A DNA stretch of 64,000 nt, from NCBI RefSeq assembly GCF_006345805.1, contig NC_043017.1, positions 6,014,001 through 6,078,000 on the forward strand, given 5' to 3'. Each line of letters begins with the position of its first letter. The first letter of the stretch is position 1. Source of the DNA: Octopus sinensis. Lineage: Eukaryota. The position numbers and the translations under genes are program-made. The notes beneath the pieces are model-generated. The model did no database searches. It had not been told where the DNA came from and saw only the letters and a list, made by a program, of their open reading frames with translations. Shown in pieces: positions 1-13,139 of the stretch.

Positions 1-7
1 TATGCAT

Positions 8-335
8 TTTTACTTGTTTCTATCGTTAAACTGCGGCCATACTGGAGCCCCATCTTGATGGATTTTCATCCAACAAATCGACTTCAAGGTCACGTGGTCG
101 TAATAATAATAAAAAGGCAACGCCTGCGAGGCAGGGTTGGCAAACGCAAACTCAGACACACATAGATATACATACAACAGGATTCCATAAAGTTTCCATG
201 AACCAAATTATCTTCCAAGGCAGTGGTTGATCCGGTTAGCTACAGTAAAAGACACTTGCTCCACCAGTGGCCGAGCAGTAGAATCGAATTCGAAACTACA
301 TGGTTGGTAAAGAGAGCTTTTAACCACGCGGCCAA
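8..335 (-). mobile_element. SINE family A, decayed copy
   Basis: Diverged match to the intact A copies (CTGCGGCCATACTGGAGC tail; GACACTTGC core; TGGTTGGTAA head). Confidence 0.6.
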
Positions 336-339
336 CAGA

Positions 340-683
340 CTACGGCCATGCTGGGGCACCGCCTTGAAGAATTTTAGTCGAAGGAGCCGATCCCAGTACT
401 TTTAAAGCCTGGTACTCATTCTATCAGTATCTTTTGCAGAACCGTTAAGGCTACGGAGACGTAAACACATCGACACCATTTGTCAAGCGATGATAGGAAC
501 CCCCCACATACATATCTACTACGGGCTTCTTTCAGTTTCCATCTACCAAATCCCCTCACAAGGCTTTAGTCGTCCCGGAACTACAGTAGACGACACTTGC
601 TCGAGTTTCCACGCAGTGGGACTGAACCCGGAACCATTGTGGATGAGAAGCAAACTTCTTACCACACAGCCACATCTGCGCCT
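340..683 (-). mobile_element. SINE family A (tRNA-derived head, CCTTGGGCAAGTGTC core, internal (TA)/(TG) tract)
   Basis: Matches the other A copies; minus-strand head with A-box/B-box-like motifs. Confidence 0.85.
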
Positions 684-835
684 TTAAATTAACATTTATA
701 TTGTTATTTAATTATTAGCGGTACTTGACTATGTTAGTAAATGTCTACGTGACAATCTGGAAAAGTGAAGGTCATCACATAAAGTGACTCGCTATTCCAA
801 AATCAACTGAGAAAGAGAATATTTACCAATCATTT

Positions 836-1110
836 ATTAATGACTTGTAGGGACACGGTATGTCGTTATTCAACCATGATATAGTACAAAGTATACTAAA
901 CATTTTTATAAGTCAACAACCGTGTTCTACTGTCTTAGCAGTGCTACTACGTCACTTGTTACGTTTATCCCTACAGATTTAAGATAACCTTAACAAATGA
1001 TGTAATAGCACTGCTAACACAGTAGAACACGGTTATTGACTTATAAAAACGTTTAGTATACTTTGGACTGTATTATGGTTGCATAACGAAATGCCCCTTA
1101 AGTCATTAAT
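836..1110. mobile_element. Foldback / palindromic MITE-like element
   Basis: Arms of ~125 bp (836-~961 and ~991-1110) are imperfect inverted repeats (e.g. AAAGTATACTAAAC...CCGTGTTCTACTGT versus ACAGTAGAACACGG...GTTTAGTATACTTT) with a ~30-bp spacer; no ORF. Confidence 0.75.
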
Positions 1111-1231
1111 ATTTACGTACCACCTTCCAGGAATGTGCTTAATGTGTGAAATTGATATATCCATTAACGTTACACCGCTATATTAAGTGGCGATTTAAGT
1201 AAGGAGTTCGTGGATGATTAATGGGTTGAAT

Positions 1232-1271
1232 GGCTGCTGACGAAGGAGCAAAAACTCCTGAAATATGGCGC
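1232..1271 (+). ncRNA. Degenerate minimal hammerhead-like motif (Penelope pLTR remnant)
   Basis: CTGACGA-AGGAG-caaaaa-CTCCT-GAAA-TAT: intact core and 5-bp stem II. Stem I and cleavage triplet are not canonical. Confidence 0.45.
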
Positions 1272-1813
1272 ATACACTCATTACCCATTTTTCATCTTCG
1301 ATTTCGTTGTTGTTTACATCAGGCGTCTCGGATACGAACCGTCGTAACAAAATCAATGCAGACTATAATTTCTATAGAAAATTTGTAAAGATAACCTTTA
1401 CAAGTTACCGATCACAGTTTTGAAGCTTACACGTTATAAATTTACATTTATTCCGATAATTATTGGTGCAATTGTTTATGCTAGTATATGTCTGTGACAA
1501 TGCAGAAAAGCCATGGTTTCTGCATAAAGCGACCAGTTAACCCGCATTTCTTTCGTTTTTTTTTGGTTTTTTTTTTTGCAAATACGATCTGTAAATCGGA
1601 ATGGTGTGAAAAATATGTTAGAGTTTTCTAAAGTTCAAAATGTAACATTTTCACTGTTGCAGTCACTTAAAAATCCGAATGTTAGAACTTTGCTTCTTTG
1701 TTGGAAAACCAATTCCTTCCTTATAGCAAGTATTTAAGTAACTGAAAAACTAAGACAACAGACACACAGACAGACAGACACAGGGAAAAAATATGTAGTA
1801 TAGCCGTTTGAAG

Positions 1814-2160
1814 TGAAGGCGCATTTCGCAATGGCGAATTTCTCAATGGTTAGAGCGTCGAGCTTACGATCGTAAGGTTGTGAGTTCGATTCCCAGACCG
1901 GGTTGCATGTTGTGTTCTTGAGCAAGACACTTTATTTCACGTTGCTCCAGTTCACTCAGCTGTAGAAATGAGTTGCAACATCGCTGGTCCCTAGCTGTAT
2001 CGGCCCCTTTGCCTTTCCCTTGGATAACATCAGTGGTGTTGAGAGGGGAGGCTGGTATGCATGGGCGACTGTTGGCCTTCCATAAACAACCTTGCCCGGA
2101 CTTGTACTTCGGAGGATAACTTTCTAGGTGCAATCATATGGTCATTAATGACCGAAGAAG
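1814..2160 (+). mobile_element. SINE family C (head GGTTAGAGCGTCGAGCTTACGATCGTAAG, core GTTCTTGAGCAAGACACTT, tail Y)
   Basis: A/B boxes; homologous copies at 41147-41365 and 52672-52998. Confidence 0.85.
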
Positions 2161-2164
2161 GGTT

Positions 2165-2466
2165 CTCTTTTGCAGAACCGCTAAGTTACGGGGACGTAAA
2201 CACACCAGCATCGGTTGCCAAGCGATGTTAGGAGGACAAACACAGACACACAAACGTATACAAACACAGACACACACACACAGATATATACATACATATA
2301 TACGATGGGCTTCTTTCAGTTTCCGTCTACCAAATCCACCCACAAGGCTTTGGTCGGCCCGAGGCTATAGTAGAAGACACTTGCCCAAGATGCCACGCAG
2401 TAGGACTGAACCCGGAATCATGTGGTTAGTAAGAAAGCTACTTACCGCACAGCCACTCTTACGCCT
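2165..2466 (-). mobile_element. SINE family A starting directly after the tRNA-Ser terminator
   Basis: Head AGGCGTAAGAGTGGCTGTGCGGTAAG begins at 2466 (minus); body identical in layout to other A copies. Confidence 0.9.
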
Positions 2467-2477
2467 AAAAACCTACA

Positions 2478-2559
2478 CGTCGCCGACAGGATTCGAACCT
2501 ATGCGGGGAGACCCTAATGGATTTCTAGTCCATCGCCTTAACCACTCGGCCTCGACGAC
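2478..2559 (-). tRNA. tRNA-Ser(AGA), 82 nt, possibly impaired (U8>A, one variable-arm mismatch)
   Basis: Minus strand reads GTCGTCGAGGCCGAGTGGTTAAGGCGATGGACTAGAAATCCATTAGGGTCTCCCCGCATAGGTTCGAATCCTGTCGGCGACG. 7-bp acceptor stem pairs, anticodon stem ATGGA/TCCAT with AGA, long serine-type variable arm, perfect B box, T5 terminator 6 nt downstream (A5 at 2467-2471). Confidence 0.9.
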
Positions 2560-3744
2560 TTCACTGTTAATATTTTTGCATATATTACTAAAAGGTTCCA
2601 GCCTGGCTATCCATGCCAGCCTATAATTGAATACATTCCGCCATGTGACCATGAATTCTTTTCGGCTGTATGCTAGAGATCACACTGCGAAACATCCTGT
2701 TATTTAAAAAGTGGCGTGAAGGTTGAGGAATATTTTATTGACTATTATTAACAAATCAAGTGAAACGATGCAAGGTAAACGAATTGTATCGGAGCCGATT
2801 TTGTATAAGCGTCTTGTGGCCGGAATGAGAGAAACAGGCGCAGCTGTTTGGCTGGCTGGACACCTCACCCGTTTGGGGCGAGAATATGTCATGGCATTGC
2901 AACGAGACGGTATTAAGACCCATAAAGGCCCATAAGCACAAAAAAGATTTTGGTCCGCCTCCTATATATATGTAACTCAAAAATATAAACGATAATAAAC
3001 AATGAAATATTTTTATTTTTTTAAATGAAAAACAAAAGAACACGAACTGTAAGACGTAAAATAGTGTTTATTTTTGTATAGTTCCACTTTATTGATATCT
3101 GAAACCTTTTCTCCTAGGTTTTTTTAAGGGCAAAGTCTTTGATCAGATCCTCACTGTCACGCTAGAAAACACTTGGAAAAAGTGATAGAGGCGACTTTAC
3201 AATATATCAATTAAATATATATTACAATATATTAATTAAAAACGATTGACAAAAGCACTTTCCTTCTCTTCATACACAAAGAGAAACATGTCCACAGAAA
3301 GAGAGAGAGAGAGAGGGAAGAAAAGAGAGAAGGAAGAAGAAGAAGAAGAAGAGAAAGAGAGAACGGAGAAACATTAAAACGCTTGGTATAAAAAAAGTCA
3401 GCGTCGAGTCAGCGGCTCCAAAGGGGCGGCGTCACAACGGATGTGTCAAAACGTCTCGTATCCTGTCGTGGATAACCCATAAGGTTGTTGTAATGGGTGA
3501 AGACGGACAGAAAAAGGAATGGATATTGGGTAGTTAAGAGGGTTGATTAAGGATAGATCTTTGTAAGGTAAATGGCTGGTCAACTATATTAGATAAAAAG
3601 GTATAAGAAGCTGGGTCTATAACGCAAACCCAAGTGGGATCCGCTACTTTACCCAAGTGTAGTGTCAGTAATTGGTCAGGTGTTAAAGCAGTGATAACAA
3701 TACAAGAGAGAAATAATAATAATCCCATCGACTTTAAGCACCTG

Positions 3745-3937
3745 GTATGAAATTTTGTGGGAGAGCGCTAGTCAATTCAGTTTGCTGCAGTACACAGCTG
3801 GTACTGATTTTATCGTCCCCGAAAGGATGAAAGGCAAAGTTGACCTCGGTGGAATTTGAACTCAGAGCGTAAAGACGGACGAAATACCGCTAAGCATTTT
3901 GCCCGGTGTGCTAACGATTCTGCCAGCTCATTGCCTT
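3745..3937 (-). mobile_element. SINE family B (head GGCGGCGAGCTGGCAGAA, core GCCTTTCATCCTTTCGGGGTCGAT), diverged
   Basis: Core GAAAGGATGAAAGGCAAAGTTGACCTCGG and head CTGCCAGCTC on plus strand. Confidence 0.8.
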
Positions 3938-3949
3938 AGTAATGATATT

Positions 3950-4534
3950 GATTTCAAATTCTAGCACAAGGCCGGCGTCTTTGGCGGGAGAGACTAAGTC
4001 GATTACATTGAACCCAGTACTTAACTGGTACTTAATTTATCGACCCTGAAAGGATGAAAGGCAAAGTTGACCTCGGTGGAATTTGAACTCAGAACGTAGC
4101 GGCAGACAGAATACCTATTTCTACTTCTTTACTACCCACAAGGGGCTAAACACAGAGAGAACAAACAAGGACAGACAAACGCATTAAGTCGATTATATCG
4201 ACCCCAGTGCGTAACTGGTACTTAATTTATCGACCCTGAAAGGATGAAAGGCAAAGTTGACCTCGGTGGAATTTGAACTCAGAACGTAGCGGCAGACGGA
4301 ATAACTATTTCTTTACTACCCACAAGAGGCTAAACACAGAGAGGACAAACAAGGACAGACAAACGGATTAAGTCGATTATATCGACTCCAGTGCATAACT
4401 GGTACTTAATTTATCAACCCTGAAAGGATGAAAAGCAAAGTCGACCCCGGCGGAATTTGAACTCAGAACGTAGCGGCAGACGAAATACCGCTAAGCATTT
4501 TGCCCGGCGTGCGAACGTTTCTGCCAGCTCGCCG
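3950..4534 (-). mobile_element. SINE family B with body repeated three times (period ~184-190 bp)
   Basis: CTGGTACTT landmark at 4025, 4215, 4399; single head at ~4480-4534. Confidence 0.9.
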
Positions 4535-4874
4535 TATCAAATAATAATAATATTAATAATAATAATAATAACAACAACAACTTGCCAGACAAAATCAAGA
4601 ACAAACATTGCAGTTAACTCCAAAAATTGCAACGATTTAAGAGGGAAGAGGCAAAACCGGCTTGTGCTGCTGCTGTGAATATACCGGTAACATATACACA
4701 TATAAGTACCATAAATACATATATACATACATACATATATATATATATATAATATTATATATATATATATATATTATATATATATATATGTGTGTGTATA
4801 TACATACACATACATACATGCATATATGTATATGTATGTATACATACATACACACACACGCACATATATAAAAA

Positions 4875-5014
4875 TATACGACGCGCTTCTTTCAGTTTCC
4901 GTCTACCGAATCCACTCACAAGGCTCTGCCCAAGGTGTCACGCAGTGGGACTGAACCTGGAACCATGTGGTTGGTAAGCAAACCATTTTTTTCCACACAG
5001 TGACTCTTGCGCCT
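4875..5014 (-). mobile_element. SINE family A, 5' half
   Basis: CTTCTTTCAGTTTCCGTCTACC...GGGACTGAACC...GCGCCT. Confidence 0.85.
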
Positions 5015-5023
5015 TACATATAT

Positions 5024-5055
<32 letters not shown>

Positions 5056-5329
5056 CACATACACACACGTTTGTGTGTGCGCATGTATACACGTGCGTGT
5101 GTCTGCTAGCGTGTGTATATTATGTACGCGCAAATGTACGCATGTTTGCATATATATATATATGTGTGTATATGTATATATATATATATATATATATGTG
5201 TATATATATATATATATACGTGTGTGTGTGTATATTTTCATTGATTCCTTCTGATTCCCGTTTATTTACTTCAGTCATCAATTTTCATTTCGAAAAAATT
5301 ATAAAACCTTACAAAACATCGGTGGTCGT

Positions 5330-5358
5330 TGTTGTTCTTCTTGTTGCAGTTGTTGCAC

Positions 5359-5434
<76 letters not shown>

Positions 5435-6095
5435 GCTGCTGCTGCCACTACTACTACTACTGCCACCGCCACCGTTCCTGCTTATTGCTGCCGCCACTGC
5501 TGCTGTTGTTGTTGCTGCTGCTGTCTCCCTTATTCCCAGTATGTGCCAGCATCACCATAGCTGCTGCTGCTGCCGTGGTTGCTGCTGCTGCCGCTGCTTC
5601 TACTACTACTACTACTACTAATACTCCTCCTTTCTATCACCTCTTACCGCTGCCTACTACTCCTGCTGCTGCCGCTGCTGTTGCTTTTGTTGTTGTAGTA
5701 GTAGTTGTTGTTGCTAGTGCTTGTGGTGGTGGTGGTGGTGGTGGTGGTGGCGGTGCTGGTGCTGGTGCTGCTGCTTCTGCTGCTGCGGCTACTGTTGCCG
5801 CTGACGACGACGACGATAATGATGATGATGATGAAGATGGTGATGATGATGATGACAGCAGCAAAGAAGGGCAAAACCAATCCGGTGAAGACGCCGGAGA
5901 TGACAATGTTATTGGTAAGACTGATGACGGCGATGAAGATGATGACGATGACGACGACGACGACGATGAAGAAGACTATGACGATGACAGCGATGACGAC
6001 GAAGACCATCATGGCGATGACGAGGATGATGATGATGACGACGATGACGATGATACCGCCGATCGTGGCGATGATGATGATAATGTTATTGTAAG
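5330..6095. repeat. Compound trinucleotide block (CTA/CTG/GTT/GGT/GAT/GAC)
   Basis: Direct reading; source of the spurious 257-aa ORF. Confidence 0.9.
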
Positions 6096-6439
6096 ACAGT
6101 GATGTCGAATTGACGAGTCAAACCGGACATCAACCAGCCAAGTACTACCACACACACACACACACACACATACACATACACACACACGCACATACACATA
6201 CATACACACATATATACACATACATACACACACATATATATATGTATACAGATACATATATGTATATATTTATATATATATATATATATATACACACGTA
6301 TTCGCTGACACATTGTGATGGATTTACAAACAGCAAACCTGTAAGTGGACAGAACGTATTTCTTTTCAAATTTGCTGCTTTTTGACAAATTTCTATTATT
6401 TTCTGATCTTCACATATATTATTATCATGTGGTACATAC

Positions 6440-6730
6440 ATATATATATAAATACAAACACACACATATATATATATATATATATAAATACAAACACACA
6501 CACATATATATATATATATAAATACAAACACACACATATATATATATATATATATAAATACAAACACACACACATATATATATATATAAATACAAACACA
6601 CACACATATATATATATAAATACAAACACACACACATATATATATAAATACAAACGCACACATATATATATATATAAATACAAACACACACACACACATA
6701 TATATATACACACACACACACATATATATA
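6440..6730. repeat. Higher-order minisatellite, unit (AT)n-AAATACAAAC-(AC)n, ~30 bp
   Basis: Repeated punctuation AAATACAAAC between dinucleotide runs. Confidence 0.85.
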
Positions 6731-6853
6731 TACACACATGCACTCATATATATATATATATTTGTGTGTGTGTTTGTGTGTGAGCTTGTATATGTATATA
6801 CGTGCGTGTGTGTAAATATGCGCGTTGCGTGTGTTTTATATTATATATTATAC

Positions 6854-6890
<37 letters not shown>

Positions 6891-7959
6891 CGGAGTAAAC
6901 ACATAAATGTGAAACAAGGTGGAAAAAAGAGTACTCAAATACCAGTGGTAGAGTAATATGCTTTAAAGTATATATATATATATATAGATAGATAGATAAA
7001 TAATGTATATATGTGCGGGTGTGTTTGTGTGTGTGGGTGTGTTTGTGTGTATATATATGTGTGGTGTGCGCGCGCGAGTATGTTTATATAGGTGTATGGG
7101 TATGTGTGTACGTGTGTATATGTTTATGTGTGCGTGTGTGTATACATGTATGTGTATATGTTTATGTATGTTTTTGTGTGTGTGTGCGCGTGTGTGTATG
7201 TGTGTGGCTATGCGTGTAGATGTATGTAGTATAAGTGTGTAGGTATGTGTGTATATGCGTGTGCATATACACATATTTGTGTGTCTGTATATGACTAATA
7301 TGGCCCTGTGTGTGTATGTGTATGTATATATCTATACAAATGCCTGTGTATGAATACACACACTCACACACACACTTATACACATATACATATGCACATA
7401 CGTACATATACATTCATACCTACACATACAAACACACACATATGTATATGTATATATATATATACATTCGTAACAACAAATACAAACATATATTCATTCA
7501 CATATACATACACACACACACACACACGTTCATATGCACAATTAAGTGTGTATGCGTAAGCATATATTTACGAGTGTGTGTGTGTGTGTGTGTACATTTT
7601 CATATCGGCGTGTGAGTGTAACTCAGAGTACGTTCGAACGAGGATTCTGTACCAACTTCGATGGCTGAATTCACATGGTTACTCTTTGATTTTACACCAC
7701 ACACACACACGCATACACACACACTTGTTTGAGTGGCCCCTTGTGGCTAATAAAGAACACATCCCCTTTGAACGTCGTCATCATCATCATCACCGTACAA
7801 AGCCCTACTCTTATTCTACTTAGTCAAAAAGTGCTCCCTTTCATTTTATCTGGTGCCCTTGCGGCTAATAATTTATATTTATATCTATTTCTAGTTATAT
7901 ATCGCTCCCTTGTGGCCAATATATTTATTATCCGTAATATCTTAATTACTATTATAATC

Positions 7960-8041
7960 GATTATTATTATTATTATTATATTATTATCATCATCATTAT
8001 TATCATTATCCTCATTATTATTATCATTATTATTATCATTA

Positions 8042-8080
<39 letters not shown>

Positions 8081-8182
8081 ATTATTATTATTATTATCAT
8101 CATTATTATCATCATTATTATCATTATTGTTATTATTATTATTATTATTATCGTTATTATTATTATTATTATTATTATTAAT
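7960..8182. repeat. (TAT)n/(CAT)n microsatellite
   Basis: Direct reading. Confidence 0.95.
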
Positions 8183-8280
8183 TTTTTGCTCTGTCTTTCA
8201 ACTTTACATGTACACTGTACTCGAGTTATATACAGAGACTTGAATATATGTTTGTCTCTGTGTGCGCGTATATAATATAT

Positions 8281-8317
<37 letters not shown>

Positions 8318-9257
8318 GCTTTGTGATTGTGTACATTTAGATGTATGTATGCACGTATGGCTCTTGAGTGCGTGCTTATGTATGTATATATATACAGTTT
8401 TGCTAGTGTCTACATATATATAATATATATGAATGAATGGGTATGCGTGTAGTTATGTATAGGTGTGTTGGTATGAATGTATGTATATGTTTGTATGAAT
8501 GTGGTTACGTGTGTGTGATTTCATGTGTTGGTATGAACGTTTCTATGTGCTTGTATGAATGTATGAATATGTGTGAATGATTACATGTGTCTGTATGTTG
8601 GTATGAATGTATATATATATATACATATATATATATTTATATACATGTGTTTGTGAGTTTATGTATATATATATATATGTGCGTGTGTGTTTTTGTATGT
8701 GTATGTATGAATGTACGTATATGCATGCATGTATATGTTTGTGTGTGTGCGTGTGTGTGTGTGTGTATGTATAAACATGTGGTTCTAAGTGTGCGTATGT
8801 ATATATGTATGTATATATATATATGTCTATATACGAGTGTGTATGTCTGCGTATGTGTAACTGTTGGCCTCGTGGTATCTTGGTGTATGGTGTGTCTTTG
8901 TGTATGACAGCGTGATGTATGACACACAGACTTATGTGCGTGTGTGTGTGTGTGTATGTATGTATGTGTGTGTGTATGTAGTGTACATGGTCTGTTTATG
9001 TTTGCGTCTGTGTGCGCGTGTATGTGTGGTACATGATGTGTAAGGGTGTGGCAAGCGTATATACGCGTTTTCGCGCTCGTGTGTCGATAATGTGTTGGTT
9101 TCTGATTCGTGCGTGTATATATGTGTATATATGTGTGTAAGGGGGCTGATGCTGTGTTGGTATTTAGTGTGTGTGTGTGTGCGTGTGTATATACAGTGGT
9201 CGTAATGTCCGTATGGAGTATAGGAACGTTGCGTACAAAACCGTTGTTTGTATGGTG

Positions 9258-9289
<32 letters not shown>

Positions 9290-9704
9290 TATATACACAC
9301 CATGCAATTCTTGTGCGTGTAGTGTACACAAAGCGTGCGATGTATGATTGTGTATATGTGGATATATATATGTGTATATATACAAAATGTGTATAGGGTA
9401 TAAGCCGTTTCCCGTGTGTAGGTTATATGGTATGTTATTTATGTGGTATGTATATATCATATGCTATGTAAATTCAGTGTACTATATACATAATATCGTG
9501 TATGTAAAATGTGTATATGGTTTATATATTGTGTACGGACGTGCATGTACACACACACACACACACACCACACACACACACACATATACATAAATATATA
9601 ATGATCTGTGTAAATTATATAAAGAATGTTATGTACATTGTATGTGTAGTAATAGTAGTAGTAGTAGTAGCAGTAGTAGTTGCTGTTGTTGTTGTTTTTG
9701 TAAT

Positions 9705-9790
9705 TGTTGTTTAATGATGTCCAGATCAAGCAGGCCTATGCTTAGCCACTCCAACTATGACCTTTCCATCGTTTCCCCCTATTTACAGAG
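9705..9790 (-). mobile_element. SINE family F 3' fragment with (GTT)n tail
   Basis: Similar to 14575-14750 and 34945-35148 (GATCAAGCAGGCCTATG...ACTATGACC). Confidence 0.5.
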
Positions 9791-10186
9791 GGGCTGCCGA
9801 GCTCCACTTTTATCGATTGTATCGTCATTAACACTGTCGATGTTGATTTGTGGTAAATTCGACTGTTGTTTCTAGCATATCGAGACTTGCTTTATGGCAC
9901 GTATAACGTGAAGTGTGTGCAGCGTGTTATGCATATAGCGTTCTACGTATATAGCATGTGGTGTATATAGCGTGCTATGTATATAGAACGTGGTGTGTGT
10001 AGCGTGGGTGTGTAATGTTTGATAGATACAGTAGACGGTGTGTAGAAGCATGTGTAATTCAGTTTGTAATGTTGTGTGTATGGTGCGATATACATAGTTT
10101 ATTGACGGGTGTATATAGCAATCTATGGTGTAATATTGTTGGGTGTATAATGTGTGATATGTAGTATGAATGTATAGGGTATACAG

Positions 10187-10242
<56 letters not shown>

Positions 10243-10392
10243 ATATTATGTGATATTAGTGTATGGCGTGTGTGCGTATATATATATATAGTATAGCTGT
10301 GTGGTATTGGTGTCTTGTGTCTATAGAAAAGCTCTATGGATATACATACATACATACATACACACACATACATATTTATATATAATATATAT

Positions 10393-10436
<44 letters not shown>

Positions 10437-10556
10437 TGTAGTAATGGTGTGTTTGTGTACATATATATTATGTGTATGTACGTGTGTATATGTATATACG
10501 AATATATGGATGTGTGTGTATGTGTGTGGCATGTATTCATGTAGAAGTATATCTTT

Positions 10557-10596
<40 letters not shown>

Positions 10597-10779
10597 TTGC
10601 TTAGTTTTTCTTGGAGGGCTGGCCGTGATCTAGTAATCTCAAGATTAATCAGCCGAAATTACTACGATGATCCGGTTCTTGACTGAAGACTGAGGGGTTC
10701 GAATGTCCTGTCCATGTTTATTGTGTCGTCTTCTAAGAGTTATACGTTCTTGTCCATGTTGTATTTTTTACATACCTTA

Positions 10780-10811
<32 letters not shown>

Positions 10812-11319
10812 GTGTGTGGTGCAGGTTATATATACTATGTGGAGTATAGATTAGGCTGTATATTTCTATAAGCCGTAGTGAGTACAAAGGCAACATTAAC
10901 CATTAAACAATATCAGCCCAAATTTAGGGTGCTATGGAGAAAGGTTTTTCCATAGTTTTTGTCAGCGCCTGATAGACCATGGCGCAACCGGTACATTATG
11001 AGATTTAATAAAACTTAGTAAAATATTGTTGAAATGTACTTTTTTTAAAAATTCTTTGTTACATTGTTTTTTAATAAATCAATTACTTGTACAGATAATT
11101 ACAATTTAGTGTGAAATACAGAAAATTCAAAACAGGGTATTCAACCAACACAGTTTATTCCACGTTCAGCAATTTGTCATAAACTGTTGTTAGACAATGG
11201 ATGCGTCGATGGGCTGGTCATCATTAGGCGCAACAGTTAGGCTTATTTCGCCTCCCCACCTCTATCTCTCTTGTACTCATATATATCTACACAAACACAC
11301 ACACACACGCGCACAGTGA

Positions 11320-11520
11320 TTTAGGGAGAAGACCAGCTGATTTCAGGAGAGATGGGGTTAGCCACGTACATCGATATCTGTACTGGACTGGGCCTTTGTT
11401 GTAGCGACCCCGGCGGGATGAAAAGCGAATTAGGACTCGGCGGGAGTTGATCTCAAGACCGAAAAGGTCTGAAGTGATACCGCGAGACATTTTATCTGGT
11501 GCTTAATGATTCTGCCACCC
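11320..11520 (-). mobile_element. SINE family B, old diverged copy
   Basis: CGACCCCGGCGGGATGAAAAGCGAA...ATGATTCTGCCA. Confidence 0.6.
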
Positions 11521-11534
11521 CACCACATTTTGAT

Positions 11535-11613
11535 GTATGTATGTATGTATGTATGTATGTATGTATGTATGTATGTATGTATGTGTGTGTGTATGTATGT
11601 ATGTATGTATGTA

Positions 11614-11648
<35 letters not shown>

Positions 11649-11688
11649 ATGTATGTATGTGTGTATGTATGTATCTATCTAATCTATC

Positions 11689-11730
<42 letters not shown>

Positions 11731-11940
11731 TGTCTGTCTGTCTGTCTGCCTATCTATCTATCAATCTATCTATGAATGTATCTATCTATCTATCTGTCTA
11801 TATATATATGTATTTATGTATGTATCTATCTGTCTGTCTATCTATCCCCTATCTATCTATCTATCTATCCGTCTATGTATGTATGTATGTATGTATGTAT
11901 CCATCTATTTATCTATCCATCTATCTATTGTATGTATGTG
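11535..11940. repeat. (GTAT)n/(TCTA)n tetranucleotide block
   Basis: Direct reading. Confidence 0.9.
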
Positions 11941-12438
11941 TGTTATAGTATAAATGCGTGCGTGTATATATCTTATCCGGAGTATATACGTGACGTATGG
12001 TGTATGGCAGTTTGTACCACGTATTCCTGTATAGCATATATCGTATGTTGTGTTATTGTGTGCAGTGTGCAGTACGTGCATGCTTTGTACACGTGGAGGG
12101 AAAATTTATCTGTATGTGTTTATGTATACTATTAAAACATATGTATTTGACTGTGTTTGCGTGTGTGTGTTTATGTGTATATATAATCTGTATGCGCGTA
12201 TGCATATGTGTATATATCTATCTCTGTGTATGTATGTGTCTTTGTATCTATATGTGTGTACCTGAAATCATGTGTTCGTAGGTATGGTTATGTATGTAAC
12301 CATGTTCGTATGCATGGCTGTGTGTATGTATGTATGTGTATATATATATATATACACACACACACATAGACATGCATGCCGACACATACAAACACATATA
12401 TATGTATACACACACACACACAACACACATATATATAT

Positions 12439-12850
12439 AGGCGCAGGAATGCCTATGTGGTAAGTAGCTTGCTTACTAACCACATGGTTCCGGGATCAGT
12501 CCCACTGCGTGGCACCTTGGGCAAGTGTCTTCTATTATAGCCTCGGGCCGACCAAAGCCTTGTGAGCGGACTTGGTAGACGGAAAATGAAAAGCCCGTCG
12601 TATATATGTATATATATATATATGTGTGTGTGTTTTCTTTGTGTGTCTGTGTTTGTCCTCACAATATCGCTTGACAACCGATGCTGGTGTGTTTACGTAA
12701 CTTGGCGGTTCGGCAAAAGGTCCCCGATAGAATAAGTACTAGGCTTACAAAGAATAAGTCCTGGGGGGTCGATTTGCGCGACTAAAGGCGGTGCTCCAGC
12801 ATGACCACAGTCACACGACTGAAACAAGAAAAAGAGTAAGAATAAAAGAG
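12439..12850 (+). mobile_element. SINE family A, full length
   Basis: Head AGGCGCAGGAATGCCTATGTGGTAAG to tail CTCCAGCATGACCACAGTC...GAAACAAG. Confidence 0.9.
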
Positions 12851-13139
12851 TATATATATATATATATGCATTCATGGCAACATGTACAGACACACGTATA
12901 CATAACTACATATATCTGTGTGTGTTTGTGTGTGTGTGTATTGGAAAAGTGTCTGTCTTGTGTCCACTTCTCCTTCCATTACATTAGCCATACCATTGTA
13001 GCCATTCTGTTCTAGCCACACCGTTGTGGCTAGCCATACAATTACTGCCATACAATAACAGCCATACCATTCAAAATGGTCAGCTGACACATTTTAGTTG
13101 CAATATTTTCATATCCCACTGCTAAAAAACATTAACAAA

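Noticed and set aside
3950-4534. Repeat-spacer appearance suggesting a CRISPR array (also 34233-34796)
   Set aside because: Eukaryotic DNA, the intervening sequences are themselves repeated, and there are no cas genes.
5329-6102. 257-aa ORF with poly-L/Y/A/G/D tracts
   Set aside because: Translation of trinucleotide repeats; no splice or homology support.
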